A DNA stretch of 63,503 nt, filler included, from Craspedostauros australis (GCA_030167865.1; 18 parts of 18 records of this genome joined end to end with filler, not necessarily neighbours in it); one strand, 5' to 3'; shown: positions 49,906 through 61,340, numbered from the whole stretch's first letter. Numbers and translations: made by a program. Notes: generated from the sequence alone by a model not told the origin.

Positions 49906-50864
49906 ACAAGTGCCACATTGAAAAGACCATGGCGATTGCATCAACAGCGTTCGCTCCAACAGACAACTGCTTTGGGCAAGGAGGAAAGGTGTATCGGGTC
50001 AGCTTCGAACATGTTGGGCGCATGGTTCGAGCGCAGAAGACCACGTACAAGCGAACTTGGGTCTCGCCAACCAAGTACAAGCACCTTCCTGATGACAACA
50101 AAATCTCTTGCAAGAAGGGTGAACTGTACTTTCAACCACTGGAGATCACGGGCAGCAAGGAATCAGTTGGTGCGCCTGATAAGCCCAAGCCGAAATACAG
50201 CCTCAAGAAATTCTTCCGCGAAAAAGAAATCCCTGCACTGGATTTGCTCGCCAGCAAAATCAAGGCCGAAACGGGAAAGAACGTGGTGATTCGGTACCAG
50301 ATGGATGGCGCAGGGCCACACAGAGACACAGAACTGCTCAGGTTCATCAACGAGGAGTTCGACAGTCGCGGATGGCACCTACGATTCCAACCATCGAATT
50401 CTCCCATCACGAATGTGAAAGACAATGCAATATTCCCAGCGATGTCAAAACATGTGTCAGCACATCAAGGCAAGTGCCACGGGAGTCGCATGTTCACCAC
50501 TGATGTGTTGTGGGGTGCTTGTGGAACCTGTTGGGAACAATTTGGGCTGGACAAGGTGGCTTGCACGTATGTTCACCACCATCAGATCGCCTACGCAATT
50601 TGTGCTGCGAAAGGAGGTGACGAATTTGTGATGGAGCGCAAGGGCCTGAGCATGAATGTGCGGAAACACACGTTCACCGAAACTGACAAGGACGGCAATA
50701 AGATCGGCGTTACTGTGTCTCACACGGACTTCGTGTTGGAGGAGGATGCGGCAACCAACACGACCACCAAGAAACCAGCTGCAACAGGCACCCAAGGCAA
50801 ATCAGCTGACTTCAAATACGCCAAGCCCGACATCAAGGTATGTACGATGATGCGCTCAAGGTGA
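49906..50864 (+). mobile_element. Tc1/mariner transposase related to the plant-type DD39D clade, 5'-partial
   Basis: HIEKTMAIA, EIPAL, YQMDGAGPH and QPSNSPITNVKD..IFPAM correspond to QQDNA.PH and QPPNSPDLNVLD.GFF. The first catalytic D lies beyond the segment edge. Confidence 0.82.
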
Positions 50865-51533
50865 TGGCTGTCAGTGGTCTGCAGTGCCTGAAAACGAACC
50901 TGCCAACAACCAGCAGCCTCATTCTGTTGCTGGAGAAGCAAATCGTTGTGACCACCAAAGCCAATGAGGAGGCTGAGCAACAGAAGAAAGGCAAGAAGAC
51001 GCCCAGGAAGAGCAAAGCCGAGATCATTGAGCCTCACAACAACAACAACAACAACAACAACAACAGCAACACCAAGGCAGCACCCACCATGAACGCATTC
51101 GAAGTGGCCATTTTCGTTGGCAAGACCGAGCATCACAGCAAAGCAGAGCAGGACAGCAACACAGCAGAGATGTAACTGCAAGTCGAAGTATTAGTACTAT
51201 ATGTTGGAGGTACACCTGTGGTTCGAATGGTTGTGTGCGCATCGTCTGCTTGATGGCATGGAGGATTGTGGTGTGATGTGTGGTGTGGGGTGTTTTTTTG
51301 TGTTTTGTGATGAGTGATGTGATTTTTGTGACGAGGACCGCTATTTTTGTGTTGCAGCACGGTCCGCGTGTGTTGCGGCGCGATTGGTGTGTGCGTCGTG
51401 GAGCCATCACGTTGTGTCGCGAAGCAAGGGCCANNNNNNNNNNNNNNNNNNNNNNNNNNNNNNNNNNNNNNNNNNNNTTAATTAATTAANNNNNNNNNNN
51501 NNNNNNNNNNNNNNNNNNNNNNNNNNNNNNNNN

Positions 51534-51834
51534 CATGCTGTTCTTGATCGACGTCGTCGTCTGGATGGTTGCCATGGTTGGCGTGGTATCGGGACCTCCT
51601 GATCCGCCATGGGTGTCTTCCTTACATTACCAGAGGACAGGCTACCCTCCTCGCGGTTTTACAGGTATCAATCGCGTCCGTATGCTTAGTCATAGTCATA
51701 ATGACATGGTATGCAAAGGTGTGACAAATAGTCTCTGAACATGTGATGAATAATATTCAAAGCTGTGACGAACAATGTTGGGAGGTGCGGCAATCACGGG
51801 TATTCCAACAAAGTCGTACCCTCAATTCCTAACA
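51534..51834 (-). mobile_element. Probable LTR end related to 264-1055
   Basis: Minus strand begins TGTTAGGAATTGAGGGTACGACT versus TGTCAGGAATCGAGGGTGCGACT at 1055; both share gattgccgcacctccca. Confidence 0.5.
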
Positions 51835-52361
51835 GTAGGATGCTGTCGAACTCACAAGATTGTATTCTTGGAACTGTGAGCAGAGAGAGGCATGACATGA
51901 TCTCATGCAATTGCAAGTAAAATTAACACGGATACAACACGACAAATGTGCGTGTTACTGCGTGAAGAAGAGTTGCAAAAGTCAATGAACAAAACACCGC
52001 GATACCCTGTGTTGTGAATTACGTCTTCTCACGATGTTGCTAGTTGTATGATCACACGATTGATCGTATTCACTTGAGAAGGTCGTGGTAAGATTCGCAT
52101 GTGTCGCACCCAAGATCCAAGTCTGTCCTGATTGGGCAGAGTGGTTCATCTTGGCAAGAAATCCATTTCCGCGACATTTTGGAATCTGTGATTGACGGGA
52201 AAACGGTTCTTGCGACGCAAAATGTGACACAAATTTGACACAACGGATTTTCGACCAAAATTTCCATTCGGAACGGAAAAGGTAAGAAAAGTGGAGATTT
52301 CTGATTGGTCGACAGGTGTCGCTATTGTTAGAGATATAGCGTTTCGCTGATACCGATTCAG

Positions 52362-52783
52362 GTGATGGTGGAAAACATGGGAACCATCTACATGACAAAC
52401 AACCCATCAACTTCGAACCAAACAAGGCATGTGGACGCGAGTTACTGCTACGTACGCGAATTCGTGGTGGATGAACTGATGGAGTTGGTGTTCACGCTAT
52501 CAGAGGACAACCTGGCGGATGGATTCACCAAGAACGGAAAGGGAGAGACATACGAGAGACATACAAAAGACATGCAGCTGAATACAGTGGCAGAAGAGAG
52601 AGATTGATGATTGACTCATTGCAATGCTTCATCGACTTGGAAGGGCGTCAGGAATCGCAGATACTATGAAACCTTATGAAGACCAGCAGAATGTCAGTGG
52701 CACACCAGGTGAATAGAAATGTACAAGTCGAACAATGAATGTACAGCATGAATACAAAAATGGAGATGGGAAATTGTGTGACA
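52362..52783 (+). mobile_element. Degenerate Copia RNase H C-terminus, PPT and start of 3' LTR
   Basis: ENMGTIY...TRHVDASYCYVREFV...SEDNLADGFTKN; purine run GGAAGGG at 52639-52645 followed by (C)GTCAGGAATC at 52646; TGACA at 52779-52783 is a possible LTR end. Confidence 0.75.
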
Positions 52784-53424
52784 GTTGGAATTCGTGTACG
52801 TTTCGTAGACGAACCGGAGTGGGGCTTGTGGACTGCCGGCTTCAGATGAAGGCTGATTGATGCAGTTCACTGGGCTTGAACGCTGTTGGCTATCAGAAAT
52901 GTAACGATTGAATAGAGTAGTAGTGTTGTACTAATCTGAACTTGGATTTATGAGTTTGTATTGTAGTAGGCAGGATGAAGAAACGATATTCAATGTATTG
53001 ACACGGCTCTGCACTGATCCTCACAGTTCAGTGCTGAGAATAGGCTGTACTTTCCCTTTATCCTTCTCCTCTGGGTTCCTGTCGACGTCATGCAGAAGGT
53101 CTTGTGGCTTCAGCAGATGTTGAAGTGATGGGAGCGATGCAGCAGGAGTCAGTAGTCTGGACTTGCGTTAGGATTCCATTGCTGAGGTTGAAGCAGCTTG
53201 GATTACCCACGACAGAGCCGGCATAGTCAGCGGACGCTGTGGCAGTGGAAGGGAATCCAGGTGAAGCCCATCTGACAGGATCTGGAGAGCATATAGTTCC
53301 CACGTGCGTTGGTTGGTTAGACAGACCGTAGCATGAGAACCGGGAATGGTTAGTGACTGAAAAGAGGGGGGACAAGGAAAGGTCTGGCCGTTGTCGAGTT
53401 TGGACAATTGCGCGCCAAAAGCAA
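52783..53424 (-). mobile_element. LTR copy B of the AACT-ending family (more diverged)
   Basis: Colinear blocks shared with copy A (agttggaattcg, ctgccggcttc..tgatgcagttca, gcactga..tcagtgc, ggattccattg..gttgaagcag..ggat, gggaatc). Minus strand ends ...GAATTCCAACT. Confidence 0.65.
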
Positions 53425-54976
53425 NNNNNNNNNNNNNNNNNNNNNNNNNNNNNNNNNNNNNNNNNNNNTTAATTAATTAANNNNNNNNNNNNNNNNNNNN
53501 NNNNNNNNNNNNNNNNNNNNNNNNCACAACAACGCACTTGTGTCTGTCTAGTGCGGAAACATGCCTGCATACACAACATCAACGAAGCAGCGATGTTCAT
53601 CATCCTCACAGTAGCAAACGAGTTGTCCTTGCGTGAGACATGTCCGTTCTGTTCCACACCAAGCAAGCACAACAATTAACCATTCACGTCTCGCCACCAC
53701 CGCAGCGGAGGATTCGCCACACACAAGTTTGAGCGTAATCTGGCATTCTCTTGCGGTTTGACATTCGACGGCAGTCACGGCAAACCAACAGAAGTAAAAG
53801 TGCTTTATCTTTACGACCATTTGTTTTTTTGTTTTCTGTCAATAGTCATAGGTCAGCAGTGGTGGGCGACCCCTGTTTGCGCACGTCATTTCGGCGCAGA
53901 ACGGGGGTTGCTCAGGAAGACCTGAACTGCGCACGTGTCAACGAACTGGGCGCTATCAAACCAACACCAGAAATGGGATTCGAGGAAGATCTATCATCCA
54001 CAACATCACAAGCAACATTGATTACCAACAGATGAATCACCAGGCAACTACATTTGCGGTACGACTGCGAACGACCACGAGCAGCACTCCTCTCTCCAAC
54101 AACGCTGTACTCTAGACACGATTAATAGTATTCTGGTGAAATGATAGTACCGGATGACACTGATGCTACGAGACACCGCGATGAACACGACAGTGCACTG
54201 GCGCCCTCGCGACTCCTGTTGTGTGCATTGCGGTCCTCAGTCGCACAAGATGCTCCGTTCGCCTGTGTTGTTGCCACCTGTTTACGTGGACAACTCCGCT
54301 TCCGCAGGTGATGGCGCTGTGGCGGTCACAGTGACATTCCCCCTACCACTGATGCAATGGCTCCTGCGTGGTTCACTCAAGAATGATACAAGCATTGTGT
54401 GGGCACGGTATGACTTGACATTTCCTCTGTGTTGTGTAAAGACATTTTTGGTCCGGCAAAACCACGGTCCGATTGTATGACGTTTTGCGTTTCACTTGAT
54501 TTGCTTGCTCGATGGATTCTGGCACAGCATCAATCTACGCAATCATTGGTGCGGTGGCGATGTGCGTTCCCTCAGACATGGTGTGGTTGGCCACACAGAG
54601 AACTCCTATCAATCGACACGTCGGATGATGATGGTGTTGTTGATGTCGTGGTGGAAATCATGAAACACATCCTACTTTGGTCAGCAGTTCGAAACCAGGA
54701 GTCTCGGCATAAACTGATATTCATTGAACGGACAAACGAACATGATGTAGGACCAACGCTGGACAACGTGCTATTTTGCAATGTCCGATATTCGCACAAC
54801 TGTTAACTAAAGTACGATCAATGTGTATTCAAAATCGGACAATACGGCATAATGTCCGAAATACGGTGCGATATCCNNNNNNNNNNNNNNNNNNNNNNNN
54901 NNNNNNNNNNNNNNNNNNNNTTAATTAATTAANNNNNNNNNNNNNNNNNNNNNNNNNNNNNNNNNNNNNNNNNNNN

Positions 54977-55385
54977 GTATCCAACTTGCTTCAACTCAAG
55001 CAATGGAATCCGAGGGTCAGCTTCAGCCACAGCCACTGCTTCATGACCGTCACTACTGATTGTCATGACCTACACTGCAGTGTAACTACATGTGCGGAGA
55101 GCAAAGCACTGTATTGATTGTCTACTCTGTTGCACTGAATCAAGTGCATCAGTGCAGGGTCTNGCCAAGTTGTGTGGCATCGTTTCTTCACCCTACTAAC
55201 ACCAATAAGCTAACTCATAATAACAGACAAGGATTAGCTACAAAGCACTCTACTTCTCATCGTTACAAGTTATAACTCTTCAAACAGTACACCTCTCTTG
55301 AACTGCACCACACGGCTATCCCGAAGCCAGCAGATTCACGAGGCATTCTCCACCGATTCGTGACGCCTACGCCCGAATCCTAACT
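54977..55385 (+). mobile_element. LTR copy C (5' LTR) of the AACT-ending family
   Basis: Homologous to copies A and B, ends GAATCCTAACT and is followed directly by a PBS and a gag-like ORF. Confidence 0.75.
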
Positions 55386-55402
55386 GGTAGCTGCGAGTGG
55401 TT
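55385..55402 (+). promoter_or_regulatory. Primer-binding site, probably for tRNA-iMet
   Basis: TGGTAGCTGCGAGTGGTT; reverse complement AACCACTCGCAGCTACCA is an 18-nt tRNA 3' end with CCA, A73, U72, C61 and A60, as expected for a eukaryotic initiator tRNA. Confidence 0.75.
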
Positions 55403-55814
55403 GCCAAATACTCTCTAAACAACTCCACCGAGCATCTTCCTCTGCCAACCGATCGCAAGAGTCTCTCTGAGACTAAGCCAAAAAGGCAAAGCTCGCAGAC
55501 CGAGCCTCCATCAAAGGACCACGTCCTCATCGTATGCATCTGATCTGAAATCAGATCCCCAACGCTCGAAAACCGAGCCACTCACGAGGACAAAAGTCCC
55601 AGCTGAAGGTAAGCGACCCAAGGTCGGACCTCAGAAGCCTCTGCCAAAGCAAGCAATAACCGCACTCGCCGACCGAGTGCCAGCCTCCCCAAGCCTGCAT
55701 CGAACTTCAGTGCACACCTTCCCAACGAAGTGAAGTCGAGCAAAAGCAAGAGAAGGCAAACAGATCGATCCCCTCGAAGTCCGAAGACCATTCGAGAAGT
55801 CCCCGTCATCCATC

Positions 55815-56145
55815 ATGGCGGAAGAGACAACAACTGCCACGCTGGAAGAGCTGCAAGCGCAGCTCGAAGCGATCACGGTCGAGAACGCTCGCCTNACACA
55901 GGCGACGTTGGCGGCCGAAGCCGCTGCAGAAGCAGCNAACGCGGCNATAGCCACTGCCCAAGCAGCGGCGACAGCCACCACGACCCCAAGCCGTCCCGGT
56001 CTCGAGCGCAGCCGCTCCGCTGGCGACACAAGACCTCGAACGGAACAGTCCTTCCTCGGCAACAGCATCTTCGACATGGAAACTCCCATGCCCAAGAAGA
56101 GCAGAAAGTCAGAAGAGGACAGCGAAGACGACGACCACGACCTCT
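55815..56145 (+). CDS. Putative gag N-terminus (coiled coil), 3'-partial
   Basis: ATG ~410 nt downstream of the PBS; MAEETTTATLEELQAQLEAITVENAR...; open into the spacer. Confidence 0.5.
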
Positions 56146-57282
56146 NNNNNNNNNNNNNNNNNNNNNNNNNNNNNNNNNNNNNNNNNNNNTTAATTAATTA
56201 ANNNNNNNNNNNNNNNNNNNNNNNNNNNNNNNNNNNNNNNNNNNNCTGAACCCTCGTGCTCACCAGAGAGAGGATGACTACAGTTCGTCCGATGACGAAT
56301 GCACGTTTTCCCGTCCTGCGCCTGTTCGCATGACAGTTTCTCGTGGTCGCCGAGCTACCGGATCAGGACATTCTGCAAGGGTAAGTGTTTTCGATACCGG
56401 TTTCGTCTTCTGTTCTTCACAACTCCCACTTGTTCACTCACACATCCTTGGGTTCTTTCTTTTCACTGTGCAGTCCGCTCGTCAACCATCTCGCGTGACT
56501 GTGGGTTCGATGGACACGTCTACTCGTGCTTCCCGCCGCGCTGCTGCTCGCAGACGTGCTCGTCGCGCTGATATTCCTGACCCCGTCGTGGTGCCTTCCG
56601 CTGTTGTCTCCAGCGCCAGCACTCAGCGTTGCGCCACAGTCATTCGCAAGATTCGTGTGGCTGAGTTGATTAAGATTGACTGCGACTCAGACGACGAGGA
56701 GGAGGAGTACTACTACTGGCCGCCGGTAAGCCCCAAGACCGAGGAGGTCGACGCACCACCGGAGAACCCCGACACCAAGGAGGACGATACCACAGAGACT
56801 GAGTAAGACTGGAGCGAGTCCCATGCAGCACGAACAACCAACGTAACATAACTAGTGACCAACCGTAATACCATGTTCACACTACGTCGATGAACTGTCT
56901 ATGGGAGTACCTTCTAGATTGTGAATATGTTACACGATGACTACTTGGACTACCAATGGAGTCCCATCGGAAAACGACGCCGAAAACGTATTTACCGCGC
57001 TTCCCGAGAGAAGGATCCACACCAACAACAAACAGCGCGACCAAGAGAAGGAGACACACAAAGAAAGCGAGACAAGGCGAGGGACAGCAACACAGTATAC
57101 TTTCGTGCACAAACCCCTGGTCGCACTCTGCTCGAACACATCACCAGAAGATATCAACCCACTTTTCATTGAACGGTGCAATTGGAGCACACAATCGACG
57201 TCTCTGCCATTCTATACTTACCGCACTCCGCAAGCTTCCTCCAACACCAATCATCCATCCAGCCATCGACCATCATCTCAAC

Positions 57283-60162
57283 ATGCCGCGTGTCACGAGC
57301 AAACAGCTCCTCGATGCCGTCGCTGCAGGCGATTTGTCGGCGATGAAGAAATGGAACGAGAAGAAGTTCGGAGTTGACATCAACAGGATCATAGATAGTT
57401 ATTGTCGGACTCCCCTTCATTTGGCATGCTCCGGCGGCCATCAGGAGTGTGTGGAGTATCTCATCGAATCCTACCAGGCGGATGTCAACTGCAAAGACAG
57501 TAACGGTGCCACTCCCCTTCATATGGCATGCTCCAACGGCCATCTGGAGTGTGTGAAGTACCTCATCGAATCCTGCAAGGCAGATGTCAACTGCAAAGAC
57601 CGTAATGGTTCCACTCCCCTTCATCTGGCATGCTTCAACTGCCATCTGGAGTGTGTGAAGTACCTCATCGAATCCTGCAAGGCAGATGTCAACTGCAAAG
57701 ACAGTCAAAGTTTCACTCCCCTTCATATGGCATGTTCCAACTACCATCTGGAGTGTGCGGAGTACCTCGTCGACTCCTGCGAGGCAGATGTCAACTGCAA
57801 AGACCGTAAAGGTTTCACTCCCCTTCATATGGCATGCTTCAACTGCCATCTGGAGTGTGTGGAATGCCTCATCGAATCCTGCAAGGCAGATGCCAACTGC
57901 AAAGACCGAAAAGGTTTCACTCCCCTTCATATGGCATGCTTCAACGGCTATCTGGAGTGTGTGAAGTACCTCATCGAATCCTGCAAGGCAGATGTCAACC
58001 GCAAAGATAGCGACGGTCCCACTCCCCTTCATATGGCATGCTTCAACGGCCATCTGGAGTGTGTGAAGTACCTCATCGAATCCTGCAAGGCAGATGTCAA
58101 CTGCACAGACCGAAAAGGTTTCACTCTCCTTCATATGGCATGCTCCAACGGCCATCTGGAGTGTGCGGAGTACCTCGTCGAATCCTGCAAGGTGGATGTC
58201 GACTGCAAAGATAGCAACGGTCCCACTCCCCTTGATTTGGCATGCTTCAGCGGCCATCTGGAGTGTGTGAAATACCTTGTCGAATCCTGCAAGATGGGTG
58301 TCAACTGCAAAGATAGCAACGGTCCCGCTCCCCTTCATGCGGCATGCTTCAACGGCCATCTGGAGTGTGTGAAGTACCTCATCGAATCCTGTGAGACGGA
58401 TATCAACTGCAAAGATGACGAAGACCCCGCTCTCCTTCAGATGGCATGCTTCAACGGTCATCTGGAGTGTGTGAAATACCTCGTGGAATCCTGCAAGGCG
58501 GATGTCAACTGCAACGACAACGAAGATCCCACTCCTCTTCATATGGCATGCTTGAACGGCCATCTGGAGTGTGTGAAGTACCTCATCGAATCCTGTGAGA
58601 CGGATATCAACTGCGAAGATAACGAAGATCCCACTCTCCTCCATTTGGTATGCTCCATCGGTCATCTGGAGTGTGTGAAATACCTCGTGGAATCCTGCAA
58701 GGCAGATGTCAACTGCAAAGACAGTAACGGCACCACTCCTCTTCATTTGGCATGCTCCAACGGTCATCTGGAGTGTGTCAAGTACCTCGTGGAATCCTGC
58801 GAGGCGGATATCAACTGCAAAGATGACGATGGTGGCACTCCTCTTCATTTAGCATGCTCCAACGGTCATCTGGAGTGTGTGGAGTACCTCGTTGAATCCT
58901 GTGAGGCAGATGTCAACTGCAAAGATAACGATGGTGGCACTCCTCTTCATATCGCATGCTCCAACGGCCATCTGGAGTGTGTGGAGTACCTCGTCGAATC
59001 CTGCGAGACAGATGTCGACTGCAAAGACCGCAAAGGCACCACTCCTCTTCATATGGCATGCTTCAACGGCCATCTGGAGTGTGTGGAGTACCTCGTCAAG
59101 TTATGCGGAGCCGACATGGACATCGAGAACGACAACCACAAAACACCCTTCGATGTGGTGGGTACATACGAAGAAATCAACCTGACGAGATTACTCATGA
59201 AGTGTGTCACCAGCCTCAATTTCCGAAACTCACAATTGCAGATGCAGCTGCGAATGCACAAACAAAGCCACACAAACATCATCACCACACCATCACAACA
59301 CTACAACCCACAAACCCGCACAGCGACCAGCATCAGCATCGACCAAGATCGACGCAGCGCTGTTCTCACTGAAGCCAAGACAGACGTGACCTTCCTGTGT
59401 GAACAAGGTGACGAACAACAAGCAATCAAGGCAAACTCTGGAGTCCTCGTGGTCACTGTCCCATCCATTCAGACATTGATCGACTCCGGAATCCAACATC
59501 AATGCACTGGTGATGGCGCTCACGATGGGACTGAACTCTTGCAAACGACCATCCCTCTTCCCAACCTTCAATCAAAACACGTCCGACATGTCCTCCAATG
59601 CATCTACGCAGGTGAGATATCCTTCAACACCAACACCACTCATGACGACGCCGACGATGATGGCACGGACCAACCAGCCCCCACCCTCAATGGGCAGGAC
59701 GATCTACAACAGCTGATCCTTGTGGCCAATGCGTTCGGCTTCTGGCGACTCAAGCTTGTTCTTGAAGCGGAGTTGGTCCGCAAGCATCTCACGAAGCACA
59801 CCATGATTGATGCATTGATATTCGCCGATCAACACAACTGTGACCTATTGAAAGATGCGGCAATGAGGATGGCGGCTGAAAATGAGAAAGATATGTTCAC
59901 TCATCCAGATTTCAGGAAGCTGATTCCACAGCCCCAACTACTGAGTGAGCTCCAGGCGTTTTGCAGTGGGAGACCAGATAGCGACGGTATTGATGACGCG
60001 TACAGTCGCATGTCAATGATGGAGCTGTACGAGGTGCTGAATGAAGAGACAAGTTTTCATTTGGATGCTTACATGGATCGCGCAACATGGGAGGACGGCG
60101 TGCGGTCCATCAAATCGTCCAGACTGGCTGAGACCAACAGCGATGTTGAGGAAGAGGAGTGA
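57283..60162 (+). CDS. Ankyrin-repeat (17 x 34 aa) + BTB/POZ + BACK-like protein, ~959 aa
   Basis: Likely start MPRVTSK at 57283; 17 TPLH.AC..GHLECV.YL.ESC..D.NCKD repeats; then TDVTFLC...IKANSGVL, VLQCIYAG, LILVANAFGFWRLKLVLEAEL and LIFADQHNCDLLKDAAM (SPOP-like BTB/BACK). Confidence 0.9.
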   Translation: MPRVTSKQLLDAVAAGDLSAMKKWNEKKFGVDINRIIDSYCRTPLHLACSGGHQECVEYLIESYQADVNCKDSNGATPLHMACSNGHLECVKYLIESCKADVNCKDRNGSTPLHLACFNCHLECVKYLIESCKADVNCKDSQSFTPLHMACSNYHLECAEYLVDSCEADVNCKDRKGFTPLHMACFNCHLECVECLIESCKADANCKDRKGFTPLHMACFNGYLECVKYLIESCKADVNRKDSDGPTPLHMACFNGHLECVKYLIESCKADVNCTDRKGFTLLHMACSNGHLECAEYLVESCKVDVDCKDSNGPTPLDLACFSGHLECVKYLVESCKMGVNCKDSNGPAPLHAACFNGHLECVKYLIESCETDINCKDDEDPALLQMACFNGHLECVKYLVESCKADVNCNDNEDPTPLHMACLNGHLECVKYLIESCETDINCEDNEDPTLLHLVCSIGHLECVKYLVESCKADVNCKDSNGTTPLHLACSNGHLECVKYLVESCEADINCKDDDGGTPLHLACSNGHLECVEYLVESCEADVNCKDNDGGTPLHIACSNGHLECVEYLVESCETDVDCKDRKGTTPLHMACFNGHLECVEYLVKLCGADMDIENDNHKTPFDVVGTYEEINLTRLLMKCVTSLNFRNSQLQMQLRMHKQSHTNIITTPSQHYNPQTRTATSISIDQDRRSAVLTEAKTDVTFLCEQGDEQQAIKANSGVLVVTVPSIQTLIDSGIQHQCTGDGAHDGTELLQTTIPLPNLQSKHVRHVLQCIYAGEISFNTNTTHDDADDDGTDQPAPTLNGQDDLQQLILVANAFGFWRLKLVLEAELVRKHLTKHTMIDALIFADQHNCDLLKDAAMRMAAENEKDMFTHPDFRKLIPQPQLLSELQAFCSGRPDSDGIDDAYSRMSMMELYEVLNEETSFHLDAYMDRATWEDGVRSIKSSRLAETNSDVEEEE
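57406..59140 (+). repeat. 102-bp coding tandem repeat, 17 copies
   Basis: DNA-level near-identity, e.g. catctggagtgtgtgaagtacctc and gatgtcaactgcaaaga recur every 102 bp. Confidence 0.95.
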
Positions 60163-60799
60163 ATCGCCACCACGGCAGCTATTGAGAGAAGCGAACGCGT
60201 CATGAAGTCGAGGAGATACCTTGATTTGGAATCATTAAACGAATACTCCATGAAATAATCGCCATCTAATGGATCTAGCTCGGTTATGTGATGTGTCGAT
60301 ATGACAGCGAGTCGGGATACACGGGCCATCATAGGAAGAGCCTGAAAGTCCCTGTCCATCTATTGCTGTCGCTGTTGCTGCTGAGGATCTCATCAAAGAG
60401 AACCGTGTCCGTTCGACTGTCGATGACCACCATACCATGCTCGCCTCGTAATCTTCTGTGGCCGTCGCTGTCGCTGTCCAGTACCGTGAGCACGCACTGT
60501 CGATCACCCGCAACCGACACGATCTCTATCACTCTCTCGTACTGTTGAGGTTTGTTGTGTGAGGAAGGGTCGGTTGGTATGCAACAGTTATCCATGGACT
60601 TTCCGTTGTATCCCCATGTTGCTGTTGCTGCCATATGCGTTCGGTTGATATCCCCACTGGCTGTCCTGTTCCTGCATCTGCCTCCTTTTGCAGCATCCTC
60701 AATGCCCAACCTCGCTGATGGGGAGACATATCAAGTCGATTTCGTATCCTCGATGCGATCATACCAGCCATCACCCACATTCCACTTGGGTGCTGACGA

Positions 60800-61340
60800 G
60801 CCATCGTTGGTGATGCTTGGATGTTCACCTGCACAACAGTGTTCGGACGATGCATACTCCGATTTACGGCATATGGTCTCGTGGATCCATTGTCGCGCCT
60901 TGGAAACCCCAGCATACAGCCCCGGCGGAGCGGGAGGAGCAAATCCAAACACGGCTGATGTGATCCCTGCTTGCATGAACTGCTTCTGCCATGGGCGTTG
61001 AGAATTGAATGCGTTCGTGCCAGCGTCTGTACCCGTGCAGGTGCCTGTCCCAGTTTCGTCGCTCCGTAGAGAGACTATTGAACCTCCAGGATCTCGCTGA
61101 CGCGTACCAGCGACATCCATGTTGTTCATGGCACAGAGAGTCACATCGATGACCCGGTTGCTGTATTGATGGCGATGATGACAGCAACAGGAGTCAAGTC
61201 GGTGGCTCCAAGACTAATCAACAACACGAAGACGAGAGCACGACGGAGAAGTGTCTCCGACTCACACCAGCCGAACTAGAGCATCAGGTCATCGAATTCA
61301 GTACGGTAGAAAAGTTCATAATCGGGATGGTGGGCAAGGT
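60800..61340 (-). pseudogene. Degenerate trypsin-like (S1) serine protease remnant
   Basis: HPDY...TEFDDLML* (Asp region), TLCA..., RQRDPGGSI in place of CQGDSGGPL, QAGITSAVFGFA..PGLYAGVS..WIHETIC..S. Has stops and has lost the catalytic Ser. Confidence 0.65.

Noticed and set aside
52646..53025. 380-bp Copia 3' LTR ending at ...CCTCACA
   Set aside because: 52783-53424 aligns with the separate AACT-LTR family, so the Copia LTR ends or is interrupted at about 52783.
57166..58848. 560-aa antisense ORF over the ankyrin array
   Set aside because: Shadow frame of a 102-bp coding repeat that happens to lack antisense stops.
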